A DNA stretch of 63,947 bases, the filler included, from Octopus bimaculoides (taxonomy: Eukaryota), in NCBI RefSeq assembly GCF_001194135.2. It is 6 parts of 4 records of this genome, joined end to end, with 100 filler letters (N's around TTAATTAATTAA, not from the genome) between each part and the next. Parts side by side here need not be neighbours in the genome. Positions count along the whole stretch, not along the records: positions 29,293 to 50,425 come from NC_068987.1; positions 50,526 to 61,514 come from NC_068981.1; 4 more parts are not named here. One strand, 5' to 3'. A model generated the notes under the pieces. The model was not told the DNA's origin. It made no database searches and worked only from the letters and a program-made list of their open reading frames with translations. Position numbers and translations under genes: made by a program. Shown piece by piece: positions 40,148-52,828 of the stretch. Within the stretch, counting starts at the first letter, position 1. The number at the start of each line of letters is the position of its first letter.

Positions 40148-41145
40148 TTAACAAAAAACTATATACGGANNNNNNNNNNNNNNNNNNNNNNNNNNNNNNN
40201 NNNNNNNNNNNNNNNNNNNNNNNNNNNNNNNNNNNNNNNNNNNNNNNNNNNNACAAGTATGTATGTGTGTGTGTATGCTTGTGTGTCTGTGTTTGTCCCT
40301 CACCATCGCTAGACACTCGATGCTGGTGTATTTACATCCCCGTAACTTAGCGGTTCGGCAATCCAGCATATGCCCCGTGCTTATACATTCTAATTTTTCA
40401 AATCTACCGTGCAAGCGCAACTCCTTGTCAGCAGTAAATAAAATTGCCGGCTTTTTCAATCGAAAATTTTCCATAAAAAATTATCAATAATTAATAATAT
40501 CAGGGTAATAAGAAATATTAGAAATTTCTACTACCAGTGGCCCAGCGTGGAAAAAAATTTAGTCAATAGACTATATATTATTCATATAAATACAGTGTAC
40601 ATTTAAACACATAAGAGGTATCCATCATAGGATTCCTTGCACACTAGAAGGAACAGCTAAAATCCAAACCACTGTTAGGGATAAACTTCGAAGGGAATGA
40701 AAGATAAAAACATTTACCATCTATCTCCTGGACCATGGTTTCAGACTTTTTTTAGCAAATAAAATAATTTGCCACGCGAAATCTTCGTCAGCAGGTACAC
40801 CTAGATTAAACATATAAGCACGAGACAATCCAGCATATGCCCCGTGCTTATACATTCAAAATTTTCAAGTCTACCATTAGACCACTGGTAGTAGAAATTT
40901 CTAATATTTCTTATTATCTTATGATATTTACTTTGTATTATATTATACTCATTTATTGTGCTTTTAATTATTAATTTTTCTATATGTGACAGTGGATTTT
41001 CATCGTTGAGTCCATGAACCTTGGTTCTTTTCCCTAAAACTATATATTTATATATATTTTACTCTGTGAAACTTAATTTAATTTTAATTTTTAATAAATT
41101 GATTTTAATTGAGTTTTTACCTGTAATTTTGGATTTTATCCCTAA

Positions 41146-41193
<48 letters not shown>

Positions 41194-41508
41194 NNNNNNN
41201 NNNNNNNNNNNNNNNNNNNNNNNNNNNNNNNNNNNNNNNNNNNNNNNNNNNNNNNNNNNNNNNNNNNNNNNNNNNNNNNNNNNNNNNNNNNNNNNNNNNN
41301 NNNNNNNNNNNNNNNNNNNNNNNNNNNNNNNNNNNNNNNNNNNNNNNNNNNNNNNNNNNNNNNNNNNNNNNNNNNNNNNNNNNNNNNNNNNNNNNNNNNT
41401 ATATATATGTTATATGTTATATATGTGTTATATATCAGGCTGAGTAAAAAGTAAGCAACGTTTTGAAACATGAAATTCATCACAATATATTTCAACAATG
41501 TGGAAAGT

Positions 41509-42507
41509 TTATTCATCAATGTAAGTGCCATTACAATCAACACATTTTTGCCAACGAGTTACAAGTTTGTTTATTCCGGTAACATAAAAATCTGGAGTTC
41601 TGGAGATGATGAACTCTTTGAATGCTCTTTCAGCATCGGTTTGATTTTTGAACTCCTGTCGCAGGAAACCATCAAAGTGCCTTAAAAAATGGTAGTCGGT
41701 AAGAGAAAGGTCAGGGGAATAAACTGGGTGGGGAAGAACTTCGTAGCCAATTTCCCTCAACTTCTGGAGTGAAATGTGTGGTCGAGAATTGTCATGAAGA
41801 ATAATTGGCTCTTCTGTTGACCAGTCTGGGATGGAGAAGTAGCAGCTTTTCGTCCATTTTGGCAATTTCATGGCAATCTGTTTCTGCAGTAATGGATTTC
41901 TCCAGGTTTTAAGAAGTTATAGTGGATGAGTCCAGCAGTACAACACCAAACAGTCACCACAACCTTCCTTTTGAAGACTTCGGGTTTAGGGAAGGTTTTC
42001 TGTGCTTAATTTTGGTCTAACCACTGCGAAGAAGGTTTTTTTTTATTATTATACAGAATCTACTTTTCATCGCGATTTACAGTACGGTCGAAAAATGGAT
42101 CGGTCTGATTACGGAGAAGCAACGAGCAAATTTCATATCTGCGCATTTTCTGATTTTCATTCAAATCATGTGATACCCATTTGTTGAGCTGCTTTGATTT
42201 TCCGATCACATGCAAATAATTGCAGGCAGTTTTCTGGCAAACTTGAAGTTCTTTTGCCAGTTCTCGGGTGATTTTACGTGGATCTTTCTCAATGACGGTC
42301 TTTAATTGACCGTCATCGATGACAGATGGGCGTCCACTACGCTCACGATCTTTAGGTCTCTACTATGAAATCGTTTAAACCATTTTCGAGCTGACCATTT
42401 CCTCACCAAACGTTTCGTTGATATCGCAAACAATTTCAGCTGCTTTACGTCCTTTTTTGAAGTTGAATAGCAAAATTGCTCGAATATCGCACTTTGACAG
42501 TTCTATC
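41509..42507 (-). pseudogene. mariner transposase pseudogene
   Basis: N-terminus (I)ELSKCDIRAILLFNFKKGRKAAE with the start codon apparently mutated ATG>ATA; RDEK*ILY; ILHDNSRPH and YSPDLSLTDYHF give D34D spacing. Confidence 0.9.
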
Positions 42508-42525
42508 TCAGATGATTGTTACAAC

Positions 42526-43954
42526 AATTTCTTTATTACCCACAAGGGGCTAAACACAGAGAGACAAATACAAACATATAAATGGGGACGTAAAAAGACA
42601 AACGAATGGGAAAAATGAAAAAAATGAATAATGAAATAGAACGAAGCCACTCGACCCCACATCCGAGCCACTTCATTTACACCTTTTTTAACAATTTTTT
42701 TTTTACAAACTTATACAACTTACTTGCGTTTGCTGTCATGCCTATGTCCAATGTTTCTGTCCCACAGTTCTCCATTAAACCAAAACACTTTTCTGGGGTA
42801 GGGGTTGGGAAGTTTTGGGCACCTGTCTGTTTGTGTTATTGTCTGTGTCAGGAGGGGCAGAGGGAGGGTTGGTGACTGCAGGGCGGGTGTGACAGCATGG
42901 GATCGGGTGGGAGTAGGCTGGGAATTCACATGTCTTCCTCAGACCTGTTTTAGTCTTCTTCCTTCCCGCTGTTCTTCCTTCTCAGGCTCCTCCTCGCTAA
43001 TAGACGACTTCGCCAGAGGTTGAGGTGCGACTTTTTCGTCTGGTTCCTTTGCACTGGGTGGAGGGCATTCTGCTTTAATGTGGCTTTTCCCCCACATTTA
43101 AAACACCTGTGCATCCTGCCCTCCACTATGACTCTCAACTTGATGTCGCCGTCGACCGTGATGGTCTTCTCCATCCTTTCTAGATCTCCGGGACGGCCTG
43201 CATCACCATTTCCAGGCCCTGCTCTTGCCAATTTCTTGTCGGCACTCTTTTTGCCTGAGGGACCACAACCTGGTCCTCCATACCAAGTAGGATGGCGGCT
43301 ACCAGCCTGGCAGCATCCCAGGTGGAATCTCATCTACCCTTACCCGAGAAGCACGTCTTCCCAGGTAAATGGGTAGAAGGACCACCTCTTCCGTCTTGAG
43401 GGGAGTAACAGCATGCTGCCTGGTCACTGCCTCGGACGCAAACAGCATCTCCACCATTGCGAACTTTCTCCCTCTAGTTAGGTAATCCACTTCTTTCCAA
43501 ATAGACCACAGAGCCCTTTCCACTTCAGCTCTCTTACCCACTTCTATCCGATGCAGTCTTATGTTGTATGTTCTGTACGATACTGTTCTTTTGGCAGCCC
43601 TTTCGGTAGTTACCCTGGGAGGGGATACCTTGACATTGTTCCCTTCCGTTTTCATCATTTCTTGGAATCTTTCAATTCCCTCCAAACACACATCTATAGA
43701 CTGCCGTCTCACGGCCTCTGCAAAACTCCTTTCTGTCTCTCTATCTATTTCGTCTAGACATCTCACCAGCTCCTCCTCAGACGACGACAGGTCTGAGTAA
43801 CTAATTTTCTCCATTTTAACAGCGCTTCCCTCTTCAAACAAGGGGGAACAGCGTTAACAAAATTGCCGTAAGGCAGCAAAAATAAGTGTCTTAAGACTCA
43901 ACAATTAATAACAAATACAACTTCGACTAACAAAATTCACGATGAACTCACTCA
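42526..43954 (-). mobile_element. ORF1-only (HAL1-like) non-autonomous non-LTR retroelement, 1.43 kb, 17-bp TSD
   Basis: TSD CAGATGATTGT(T/A)ACAAC at 42509-42525 and 43955-43971. A frameshifted ORF (~43841-42720) contains VIVEGR.. C-FK-C-GGKG-H-IKAE-C. The ~195-bp 3' UTR ends AATAAAGAAATT. No RT or EN. Confidence 0.8.
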
Positions 43955-44404
43955 CAGATGATTGTAACAACGGTGAAATAAATAACAATGTTAATTTATT
44001 GATGCATTTCGGCAAATCTATGTCTGTATTATCAGACATTTGCAAAAAAAAAAAAAGTTTAAAAAATTTCAAAACTCTGCAAAAATCCGGTACAAATTTT
44101 TCATGATTCAAAACGTTGCCTACTTTTTATTCAACCTGATTTAATACATATGTGTATATGTTTTATATAGCAATAAGAAAATGGAGGAGAATATGCGGTA
44201 TCCATCGAGTTGCAGACAGTGTATTCCATTGAATTAATTTGTTTATTTTGTAACTAAAATGACAAAAACCACAATATACAGATGCTTACGACATAACAAT
44301 TAAGGTTACAAATATAAAGTACATTTAGCAATTGGAGAATATATATATATATATATATATATANNNNNNNNNNCCTGTTGTTAAATATTATTAGATATTA
44401 ATAC

Positions 44405-44620
44405 TGGTTTCAAGTTTTGGCACAAGGCCAGCAATTTTGGGGACAGGGTAAGTTGATTACATCGACCCCAGTGCTCAACTAATACATATTTTAGCGAGCC
44501 CGAAAGGATGAAGGGCAAAATCAACCTCGGCGGAATTTGAACTCAGAGCGTAAAGACGGACGAAATGCCACTAGGAATTTGGCCGTGCATGCTAACGATT
44601 CTGCCTGGTCACCGCCTTAT
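44405..44620 (-). mobile_element. SINE family B
   Basis: GGCACAAGGCCAGCAATTTTGGGG...CTCGGCGGAATTTGAACTCAGAGCGTAAAGAC. Confidence 0.88.
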
Positions 44621-45184
44621 TATTAATAGATGTCAATTATAAATCAATTATTCTTCTGCTATTACTCTTCTAACAGCATTGTTACTGCTGCCGCTACCGG
44701 TGCCTGTGCTGGTGCTGCTGCTGCTGGTGTTGCTACATCGACGATATTGTTGTTATTGGTGTATTATGATTAAGAAGGTGACAGTCAGTAGTAGTGACAA
44801 TGTTGTCATAGCGCGCGCGTGTGTGCGTGTGTGTGCAAACGTCAATGATGATGGTGGTGATGCCGATAGTAGTAGTGTATGCATGTTTGTGTGTGTGTGT
44901 GTGTGTGTGTGTGCGTGCGAATGAATATGTGTGAATATGTTTGAGAATGGGACATAACGATGACTCGAGGAGAAAGAAAATGTAGTAGATATATGAGGTT
45001 GATGCAGATGCATCCAAAAATGACGGCAGCGATGAATTGACATAAAATGATGGAAGAGTTTAGCGAGGTGAAAAGCAGAAAGTGAAGACCATGTGTAGAA
45101 TCAATTAGCCTTGACAAGAAATGGAAGTGAACCTCTAAAATATGAAAACACATAAATACAAGTTTATTATAAAAACAGATGGAA

Positions 45185-45290
45185 TGAAATGATACATTAA
45201 AAAAATGATAGAAATATACATTAAAAAAATGATAGAAATATACATACAAAATGATAGAAATATACATACAAAATGAAAGAAACAAAATCT
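45185..45290. repeat. short minisatellite, ~22-24-bp unit AAAATGATAGAAATATACAT(T/A)
   Basis: About four tandem units are visible. Confidence 0.75.
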
Positions 45291-45839
45291 AAACAATATG
45301 GAAAGAAAATACAAAATCATAGAGAAATAAAATAAATGATACGAAAATGTATTACCATCCATTCCATATATAAGATCTAGAAATGTATGCACCATATGGA
45401 GTAATGGAGCAAAGGTCAGCGTGAAGAAAGCATATGGCGCTTACACGTAGGGTGCTTAACATACCTACCTACCTACTTACTTACCTACCTACCTACCTAC
45501 CTACCTACCGACCGACCGACCGACCGACCGACCGACCTACATACATACATACATAGACTCATATATTTATGTGTGTAATAAACACTCTCGATACACACAT
45601 ACTGTATGAGTTCGGAGATATATGTATACATATGTGTGTGTGTCTATCATATGTATATTTATGTGTATATATATATCACCTCCAAACCTTCCAATATATA
45701 TATATATGTGTGTGTGCGTGCCTGTATATTTAAGTATACACACATACACTCATATGTATATCATATTTAGATATATGCATGTGCACCCCCCCCCCCGCAC
45801 ACACACACACACACACACATATACATATATATACATTCA

Positions 45840-46618
45840 CGTGATATATCCATACATAAGACATTCATAAACATAGAGGAACTGCTCGTTTGAGTATATG
45901 TATGTACGTATGTAGGGGTGCGTATGTGTATGTACGCACACACTCACACACATATGCACACACACGTGTGTGTGTGTGAGTGTATGTGTGTGTGTGTGTG
46001 TGTGTGTGAATGTGTGCTGTGTGTGTATGTGTGTGTTTATGTGTGTAATATGATGTTCTTGGATCAAGAGGACGTTGTTAAGGGAGACACTTCCTTTCAT
46101 TTTAATGAAAATGAGCAACGAAAGCTATATGGTAAGAAGGTTGATTCCCGACCACATAGCTCGGGGTTCAGTCCCTTGCGTGGCACTTTGGGCAAGTGTC
46201 CTCTACTATAGCGTCGGGCCGACTAAAACCTTGTGAGTGGATTTGACAGACGGAAACTAATAGAAGCCCGTCGTATATGTGTGTTTTTACATCGTATATT
46301 TTGTTTGTATGTTTACGCCCTCGTAAATCAACCTTCTCACCATATAGCTTTCGTTGCTCATTTTCAATAAAATGAAAGGAAGTGTCTTCCTCAACAACGT
46401 CCTCTTGATTCAAGAACATCATATGACACACACAAACACACACATACACACACAACACACATGCTCACACACACACACACAAACACTCACACACACGTGT
46501 GTGCATATGTGTGTGAGTGTGTGCGTACATACACATACGCACCCCTACATACGTACATACATGTACTCAAACGAGCAGTTCCTATGTTTATGAGTGTCTT
46601 ATGTATGGAAATATCACG
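45840..46618. repeat. local inverted duplication (arms 45840-46146 and 46326-46618)
   Basis: Arms are reverse complements with scattered substitutions; the spacer is a piece of a family A SINE. Confidence 0.9.
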
Positions 46619-46624
46619 TGTGTG

Positions 46625-46657
<33 letters not shown>

Positions 46658-46785
46658 ATGTGTGTGCACATGGTTTGGCAAAAGCGACCGATAGAATAAG
46701 TACTAGACTTAAAATATAAGTCCCGGCGCTCTAGCATGGCCGCAGTTAAATGACAGAAACAAGTAAAAGAATAAAACCATATATA

Positions 46786-46852
<67 letters not shown>

Positions 46853-47014
46853 NNNNNNNNNNNNNNNNNNNNNNNNNNNNNNNNNNNNNNNNNNNNNNNN
46901 NNNNNNNNNNNNNNNNNNNNNNNNNNNNNNNNNNNNNNNNNNNNNNNNNNNNNNNNNNNNNNNNNNNNNNNNNNNNNNNNNNNNNNNNNNNNNNNNNNNN
47001 NNNNNNNNNNTATA

Positions 47015-47050
<36 letters not shown>

Positions 47051-47177
47051 TGTATGTATGTATGTATGCATGCATGCATGCATGTTTGTATGTATGTATG
47101 TATGTATGTATGTATGTATGTATGTATGTATGTATGCATGTATGTATATAGCTAGCTAGGTAGATAATGTATATATA

Positions 47178-48377
47178 TAGTGGGGAAGCAAAACTTGCAA
47201 AATTGCTGTAACATTTGAAAATCCCGTTGCGCAATGTTTAGTAATTCAAAAATAGGTTAGTAATGTTCACATATAATTACAAAATGAATAATTTATTGTA
47301 TGTGGCTTCTATTCTTTACTATTACGGCCTCCACACGGCCCCAGAAACCCACATAACTGTTTATCACGAAGTCACTGGACATCCTGGCTCACTCCTCATT
47401 GATGGCGGCCTTCAGAGAGTGGGTGATTTTGTTGGTGGCGTGCTCCGAAATGTCCTGCATAGCATAGTCCAGAAACTTGAGATCCAGAAACCAGCAAAGT
47501 TGGATTTGCAGAAATTCTGTAACTTCTTGGTGGTATGGCTGGGAGCACCATCGTGGGTCCACATATAGTTGCCCTCGGGGTAGTTGAACTTGAAGCATGG
47601 CAAGACAGGGTACCTCAACATCTTGTAGTAGGCATCAGCATCCACCTTTTTTGTGAGTTTGTAGAAGTAGATGGACATCTTTCTTTCGTCGGAGGCCACA
47701 ACAGCGAAGGCCATGACCTGGGCTGGATGTTTAGTTCTCAAGGTATCCCTGATGTCAACTGTTGACTCTGCACTGCACAGGTCGTTTCTGCGGTTGACAA
47801 CGACATCCACTGTGAGGGAAAATTTTCACAGTGGATGCGTTCTTTTTGAGGTATGTGAGAACCGTTTTGTACCTCTCAAGTTTCTTGGCCTTCATAGGTT
47901 CTGTCAACAGGTGTCTCAGTGTCCTTGTGTGGGAACTGAGGCTCAAGTCATCATTCACAGCTGTTCTGATAGCCTTGGGGTTCAGAAGCCAGTTTTCTCA
48001 TGGATGTGGCTAGGTCCGTTGAAATTTTGAACTTGAGGGTGTTGACGAAGTCTTGGTTTCGTTTCTTGTTGACCCCATTGCTGTCAGACTTACTCTGAAT
48101 GCCGTTGCCCATGTCCATTCTCTTCTTGACTTTATAAACTGTACGTAAGGATACTCCGACTATGCTTGAGATCCTCCTCTGATCAACTTGTGCACGGACC
48201 ATATCACATACTCCTTGGCCCAGTCATATTCTCCAATATTCATGTAAAACAAAAAAAGAGTTCATCATTAGCTGACAATGTATTCTTTGTTCTGCATTAG
48301 GTTTCATATCATTTGGTGTTGCGGCTGCTGTGAAATGTTAGTGAAACTTTCTATGCAAGTTTTACTTCCCTACTCTG
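47178..48377 (-). mobile_element. Tc1/mariner DD37D (maT/Bmmar1-like) transposon, decayed
   Basis: TIRs TAGTGGGGAAGCAAAACTTGCA / TGCAAGTTTTACTTCCCTACT(C)TG, TA flanks. Transposase pieces: HTH (ISSIVGVSLRTVYKV), VNRRND, KHPAQVM, HDGAPSH..FW..LDYA. Confidence 0.85.
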
Positions 48378-49059
48378 TATATATNNNNNNNNNNNNNNNN
48401 NNNNNNNNNNNNNNNNNNNNNNNNNNNNNNNNNNNNNNNNNNNNNNNNNNNNNNNNNNNNNNNNNNNNNNNNNNNNNNNNNNNNNNNNNNNNNNNNNNNN
48501 NNNNNNNNNNNNNNNNNNNNNNNNNNNNNNNNNNNNNNNNNNNNNNNNNNNNNNNNNNNNNNNNNNNNNNNNNNNNNNNNNNNNNNNNNNNNNNNNNNNN
48601 NNNNNNNNNNNNNNNNNNNNNNNNNNNNNNNNNNNNNNNNNNNNNNNNNNNNNNNNNNNNNNNNNNNNNNNNNNNNNNNNNNNNNNNNNNNNNNNNNNNN
48701 NNNNNNNNNNNNNNNNNNNNNNNNNNNNNNNNNNNNNNNNNNNNNNNNNNNNNNNNNNNNNNNNNNNNNNNNNNNNNNNNNNNNNNNNNNNNNNNNNNNN
48801 NNNNNNNNNNNNNNNNNNNNNNNNNNNNNNNNNNNNNNNNNNNNNNNNNNNNNNNNNNNNNNNNNNNNNNNNNNNNNNNNNNNNNNNNNNNNNNNNNNNN
48901 NNNNNNNNNNNNNNNNNNNNNNNNNNNNNNNNNNNNNNNNNNNNNNNNNNNNNNNNNNNNNNNACCACGCTACACCATACCACACAACACATCACATCAC
49001 AATACACCAGCGCTGACCAATTCCCATCCCCACATTTTCACACCTACATACACACATGC

Positions 49060-49490
49060 ATACGTTAAGATCACCAGCGTTTTCTTACACACACGCACCG
49101 TCGTTTTGGGATCACTACGACTTTGTTATCTTCCCTTCTTCTTAGCTCTCCTGTGTGACCCTTCTGTCCGGCATTCGCCATGATAGATCGCTGACCGCTG
49201 GACATATTTTTTCCTCTCCTTGTTTCTCTCCTTGTTTCTTTCTGTGTTCCTTTCTGTGGAAGAGCGTAGGCTCGAAACATTAAAGACTTTTTTCAATTCC
49301 CGAGCGTTATACTAATACATCTATTTGTTTTCTACACCACCTGTCTTCGTCTGTTGTTTTTTTTTGTGAATTCTCCCAATATATATATATATAGGGAGAA
49401 TTCACAAAAAAAAAACAAAAACAAAAGACGAAGACAGGGGTGCAGAAAACAAATAGATGTATTAGTATAACGCTCGGGAAGTGAAAAAGT
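49060..49490. repeat. interspersed repeat with terminal inverted duplication around (AT)n (~49287-49490)
   Basis: CGAGCGTTATACTAATACATCTATTTG...GTGAATTCTCCC-(AT)n-GGGAGAATTCAC...GATGTATTAGTATAACGCTCG; same family as 14455-14575. Confidence 0.8.
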
Positions 49491-49508
49491 CATATATATA
49501 AATAAAAG

Positions 49509-49543
<35 letters not shown>

Positions 49544-50932
49544 CGCACACACACATACACACGCACACACACACACACATATGTATATATAAATCATGTC
49601 CCTCTGTAAACATCTATCTATCTATCGATCGATCCATCCATCCATCCATCCATCCATCCATCCATTCATCAATATATATATGCATGCATGCATTCATTGA
49701 TATGTATACACATCATATGTAAACTCTTCCGTGTGTGATAAAGTGAGTTAAAAACTTCGAAAAAAACGAAAGTTTTCTATACGAGTGTGTAAATTCCTTA
49801 TAAAGAACTGGAAGATAAATCTATGTGAGATAACTCCAGGAACATCAGCTGACTGAAACTTTTAGAAAAAAGATAATTTAATCGGGTGTGACTTCGCTCT
49901 TTAAAGTCAATTTCTGAAAGTAAGGTATATGTTTCAGCTTTATTAAACCTCCTTAGCAATCAATAGAGATCAATATGTATTGAAGTTCTATAATCATTGG
50001 AGTTATACCCCTTTCTAATTATTGGAGTTGTTTCCCTTGTTCTCTTCTGCATTTCAAAACTACTAACGGATTGTGTTGTCTTGTAATTTCAAAGACAAAT
50101 TAATTCACCAAAATTCTTTATTTTACTATGTTAAATATGTAAGACTATAAAGCATTAGTGTATTGAATATATAGAACTCCAAACAAGTAAAATATCTATT
50201 TATCAATCTACTTACATATCAACTAAACCACCCCCACTTTTTACATTTTATGTGTGGGGTGTCTATATGTATGTGTATGTGTGTGTGTGTGTGTATTATC
50301 GTGTGTATACACAACACATACACATACAGATATACTTATATGAATACAAAAATAAATACATGCATACACACACACATGTGTATATATATATATATATACA
50401 TGTATATATATATATATATATATATNNNNNNNNNNNNNNNNNNNNNNNNNNNNNNNNNNNNNNNNNNNNTTAATTAATTAANNNNNNNNNNNNNNNNNNN
50501 NNNNNNNNNNNNNNNNNNNNNNNNNATATACATGTATGTATGTATGTATGTATGTATGTATATATACAGAGAGAGAGAGAGACATACATACATACATACA
50601 TGTATATGTACAGAGTAAGACAGAAGTACATAGACAGATGGATAGATATAGATATACACACTTTCATAGAAATATATATATATATTAGTGTGTGTATGTG
50701 TGTGTGTAAAGGTTGAATTATATTTCGTCCTTTAATTTGGAGGATTCCAAAAAAACGATTTCTATTAAAATTCTTCATATTCGGCTGGCAGATTACTGGC
50801 GTAAGTTTGCAAATATTAAAATAATACTTGTATACGGTGTGTTATGTGAATTTATGGAGAGTTATTCCATAAAAAAAAAAAATTGTTAAGAATAGAGACG
50901 AGAAAATGTTCAAATTTGAAAGAATTTTAATT

Positions 50933-51047
50933 CATGCATCCGATCGTTTCAAACAGCGATATTAAAAGCAGCAGATTCATGGTAGAATAATGAAATTAAT
51001 TTGATTGAATTAAATTAATTGTATATCACTGCTCTCATCAGCGGAAG
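50933..51047 (-). ncRNA. hammerhead motif, probably inactivated (cleavage triplet GGA)
   Basis: Reverse complement of CTGATGA at 51035-51041 and GAAAC-GATC at 50942-50950, followed by GGA instead of GTA. Confidence 0.55.
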
Positions 51048-51719
51048 AAGTATGAACACATAAGTATTATTACAGAGGTCTTAATAAAGGAAATAGCAGA
51101 GAATAATTTGGGATATCCATATTTATCCTTATGTAAATTACAAGCATCATAATAAAGAATGTGAGTCTACTTATGGATAAATTAAAACTAATTCAACTAA
51201 AGGTTATTCAAAAATATAAGTGAAAAAATTTTATGAGACGTTCCCTCTATAGATGAGTAAGTAGATAAGTAATTCAAACTCCAAATAAGTCATGTATTTA
51301 AGGAGGTTTTATAGAAATGTCCAATGGAAGAGCATAGTTATCTTTGAATTAGGAAATGACTTGAGAGTTATGTATGGTGTGTATTTATAAAAATTGTGCG
51401 TGAGAATGAAATTAAACTAGTTAATGTAGTATTTATGCGGTTGCTTTGATGCAAGGAAAGCAAGTATTAAGAACTAGAATTTCTTAAAGAGCTATGTAAA
51501 ATGGAGTTGTGTTAGTGTAAGAACCACATTCGACTGCTTGTATTAAATATAAGGTAAACAATTAAAAAAGGGATTAGTTGTAAATATTACAGATTTAGAT
51601 AGTAAATACTTGTGGCTATAAATATTTAAAAGAACGTTCAGAGGTTTACTGAGGTGTGTAGTAAACTGACAATAACAAAGTAGGGGGGATAATATAGCTA
51701 GGAAAGAAAGGTACTAGTT

Positions 51720-51920
51720 TAATTGTTTCAGTCATTTGACTGCGGCCATGCTGGAGCACTGCCTTTAGTCGAGCAAATTCACCCCAGGATTTTTTTTTGT
51801 AAGCCTAGCACTTATTCTATCGATCTCTTTTGCCGGACCGCTACATTACGGGGATATAAACACACCAACATCGGTTGTCAAGCGATGTTGGGTGGGGGAC
51901 AAACACAAACACACAAACAC

Positions 51921-51953
<33 letters not shown>

Positions 51954-52100
51954 CGACGGGCTTCTTTCAGTTTCCGTATACGAAATCCACTCACAAGGCT
52001 ATAGTAGAAGACACTTGCCCAAGATGCCACGCAGTGGGACTGAACCCGGAACCATATGGTTGGCAAGTAAGCTACTTACCGCACAGCCACTCCTGCGCCT
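51720..52100 (-). mobile_element. SINE family A, full length, in the spacer of the inverted repeat
   Basis: Head GGCGCAGGAGTGGCTGTGCGGTAAGTAGC on the minus strand through to the GTCAAATGACTGAAAC tail. Confidence 0.92.
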
Positions 52101-52828
52101 GAAAAAATTTTTAATTATAAGTATCAATATGGAATACATTAAATATGCATAGGTATAAATTATAAGTGTGAGTCAAGAAGCTAGCTTGGTATAAAGTGAG
52201 AAGGAAGTATATAGTAATAGTATACAAGTAATAAATATTCAATTAATAGCAGGTTATTGTGCATTACGAATATAAGTATAAAATTATGATTATATTTAAT
52301 ACATAGAAACCAATATTAGTTCTTAGACTAATAAAACACCATTTTACCTTTCTCTTTTCTACCTCTAATACGTATCTCTATTTCTACCCGTAATACTTGT
52401 TTTCGTTGCATCCAAGTAGCCACTTATATACTACTTTCACTAGTTTAATTACATTTTAACGCAACTTTTGTTTTTAAATACACACCATATCTAATATTTT
52501 TTATAACTCTCCAGTTATTTCCTAATTCAAACATAACTATGCTTTTCCATTAGACATTTCTATGAAACTTCTTTACATACATGACTTATTTGGAGTTTGA
52601 ATTACTTACCTACTTGCCCTTCTATAGAGGGAACATCTCAAAAAAACCTTTTTGACTTATGCATTTAAATAACAGTTAGCTGCATTAGTTTTAGTTTATA
52701 CGTAACTACACTCACATTCTTTATTATGATGCTCATAATTTTCACAAGGATAAATATGAATATCCTAAATTATTCTCTGCTATTTCCTCTATCAATTCAT
52801 CTGTAATAATATTATTTTGTTCATAATT

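Larger units (their letters stand above)
41435..44139 (-). mobile_element. mariner (DD34D) DNA transposon carrying a nested retroelement
   Basis: TIRs TCAGGCTGAGTAAAAAGTAAGCAACGTTTTGAA (41435-) and TTCAAAACGTTGCCTACTTTTTATTCAACCTGA (-44139); TA on the left flank. Confidence 0.9.

Noticed and set aside
27961-42553. Shared 14-mer CCACAAGGGGCTAA between a family C SINE tail and the 3' end of the ORF1-only element
   Set aside because: It lies in opposite orientation relative to each element's sense strand and is too short to show a shared tail.
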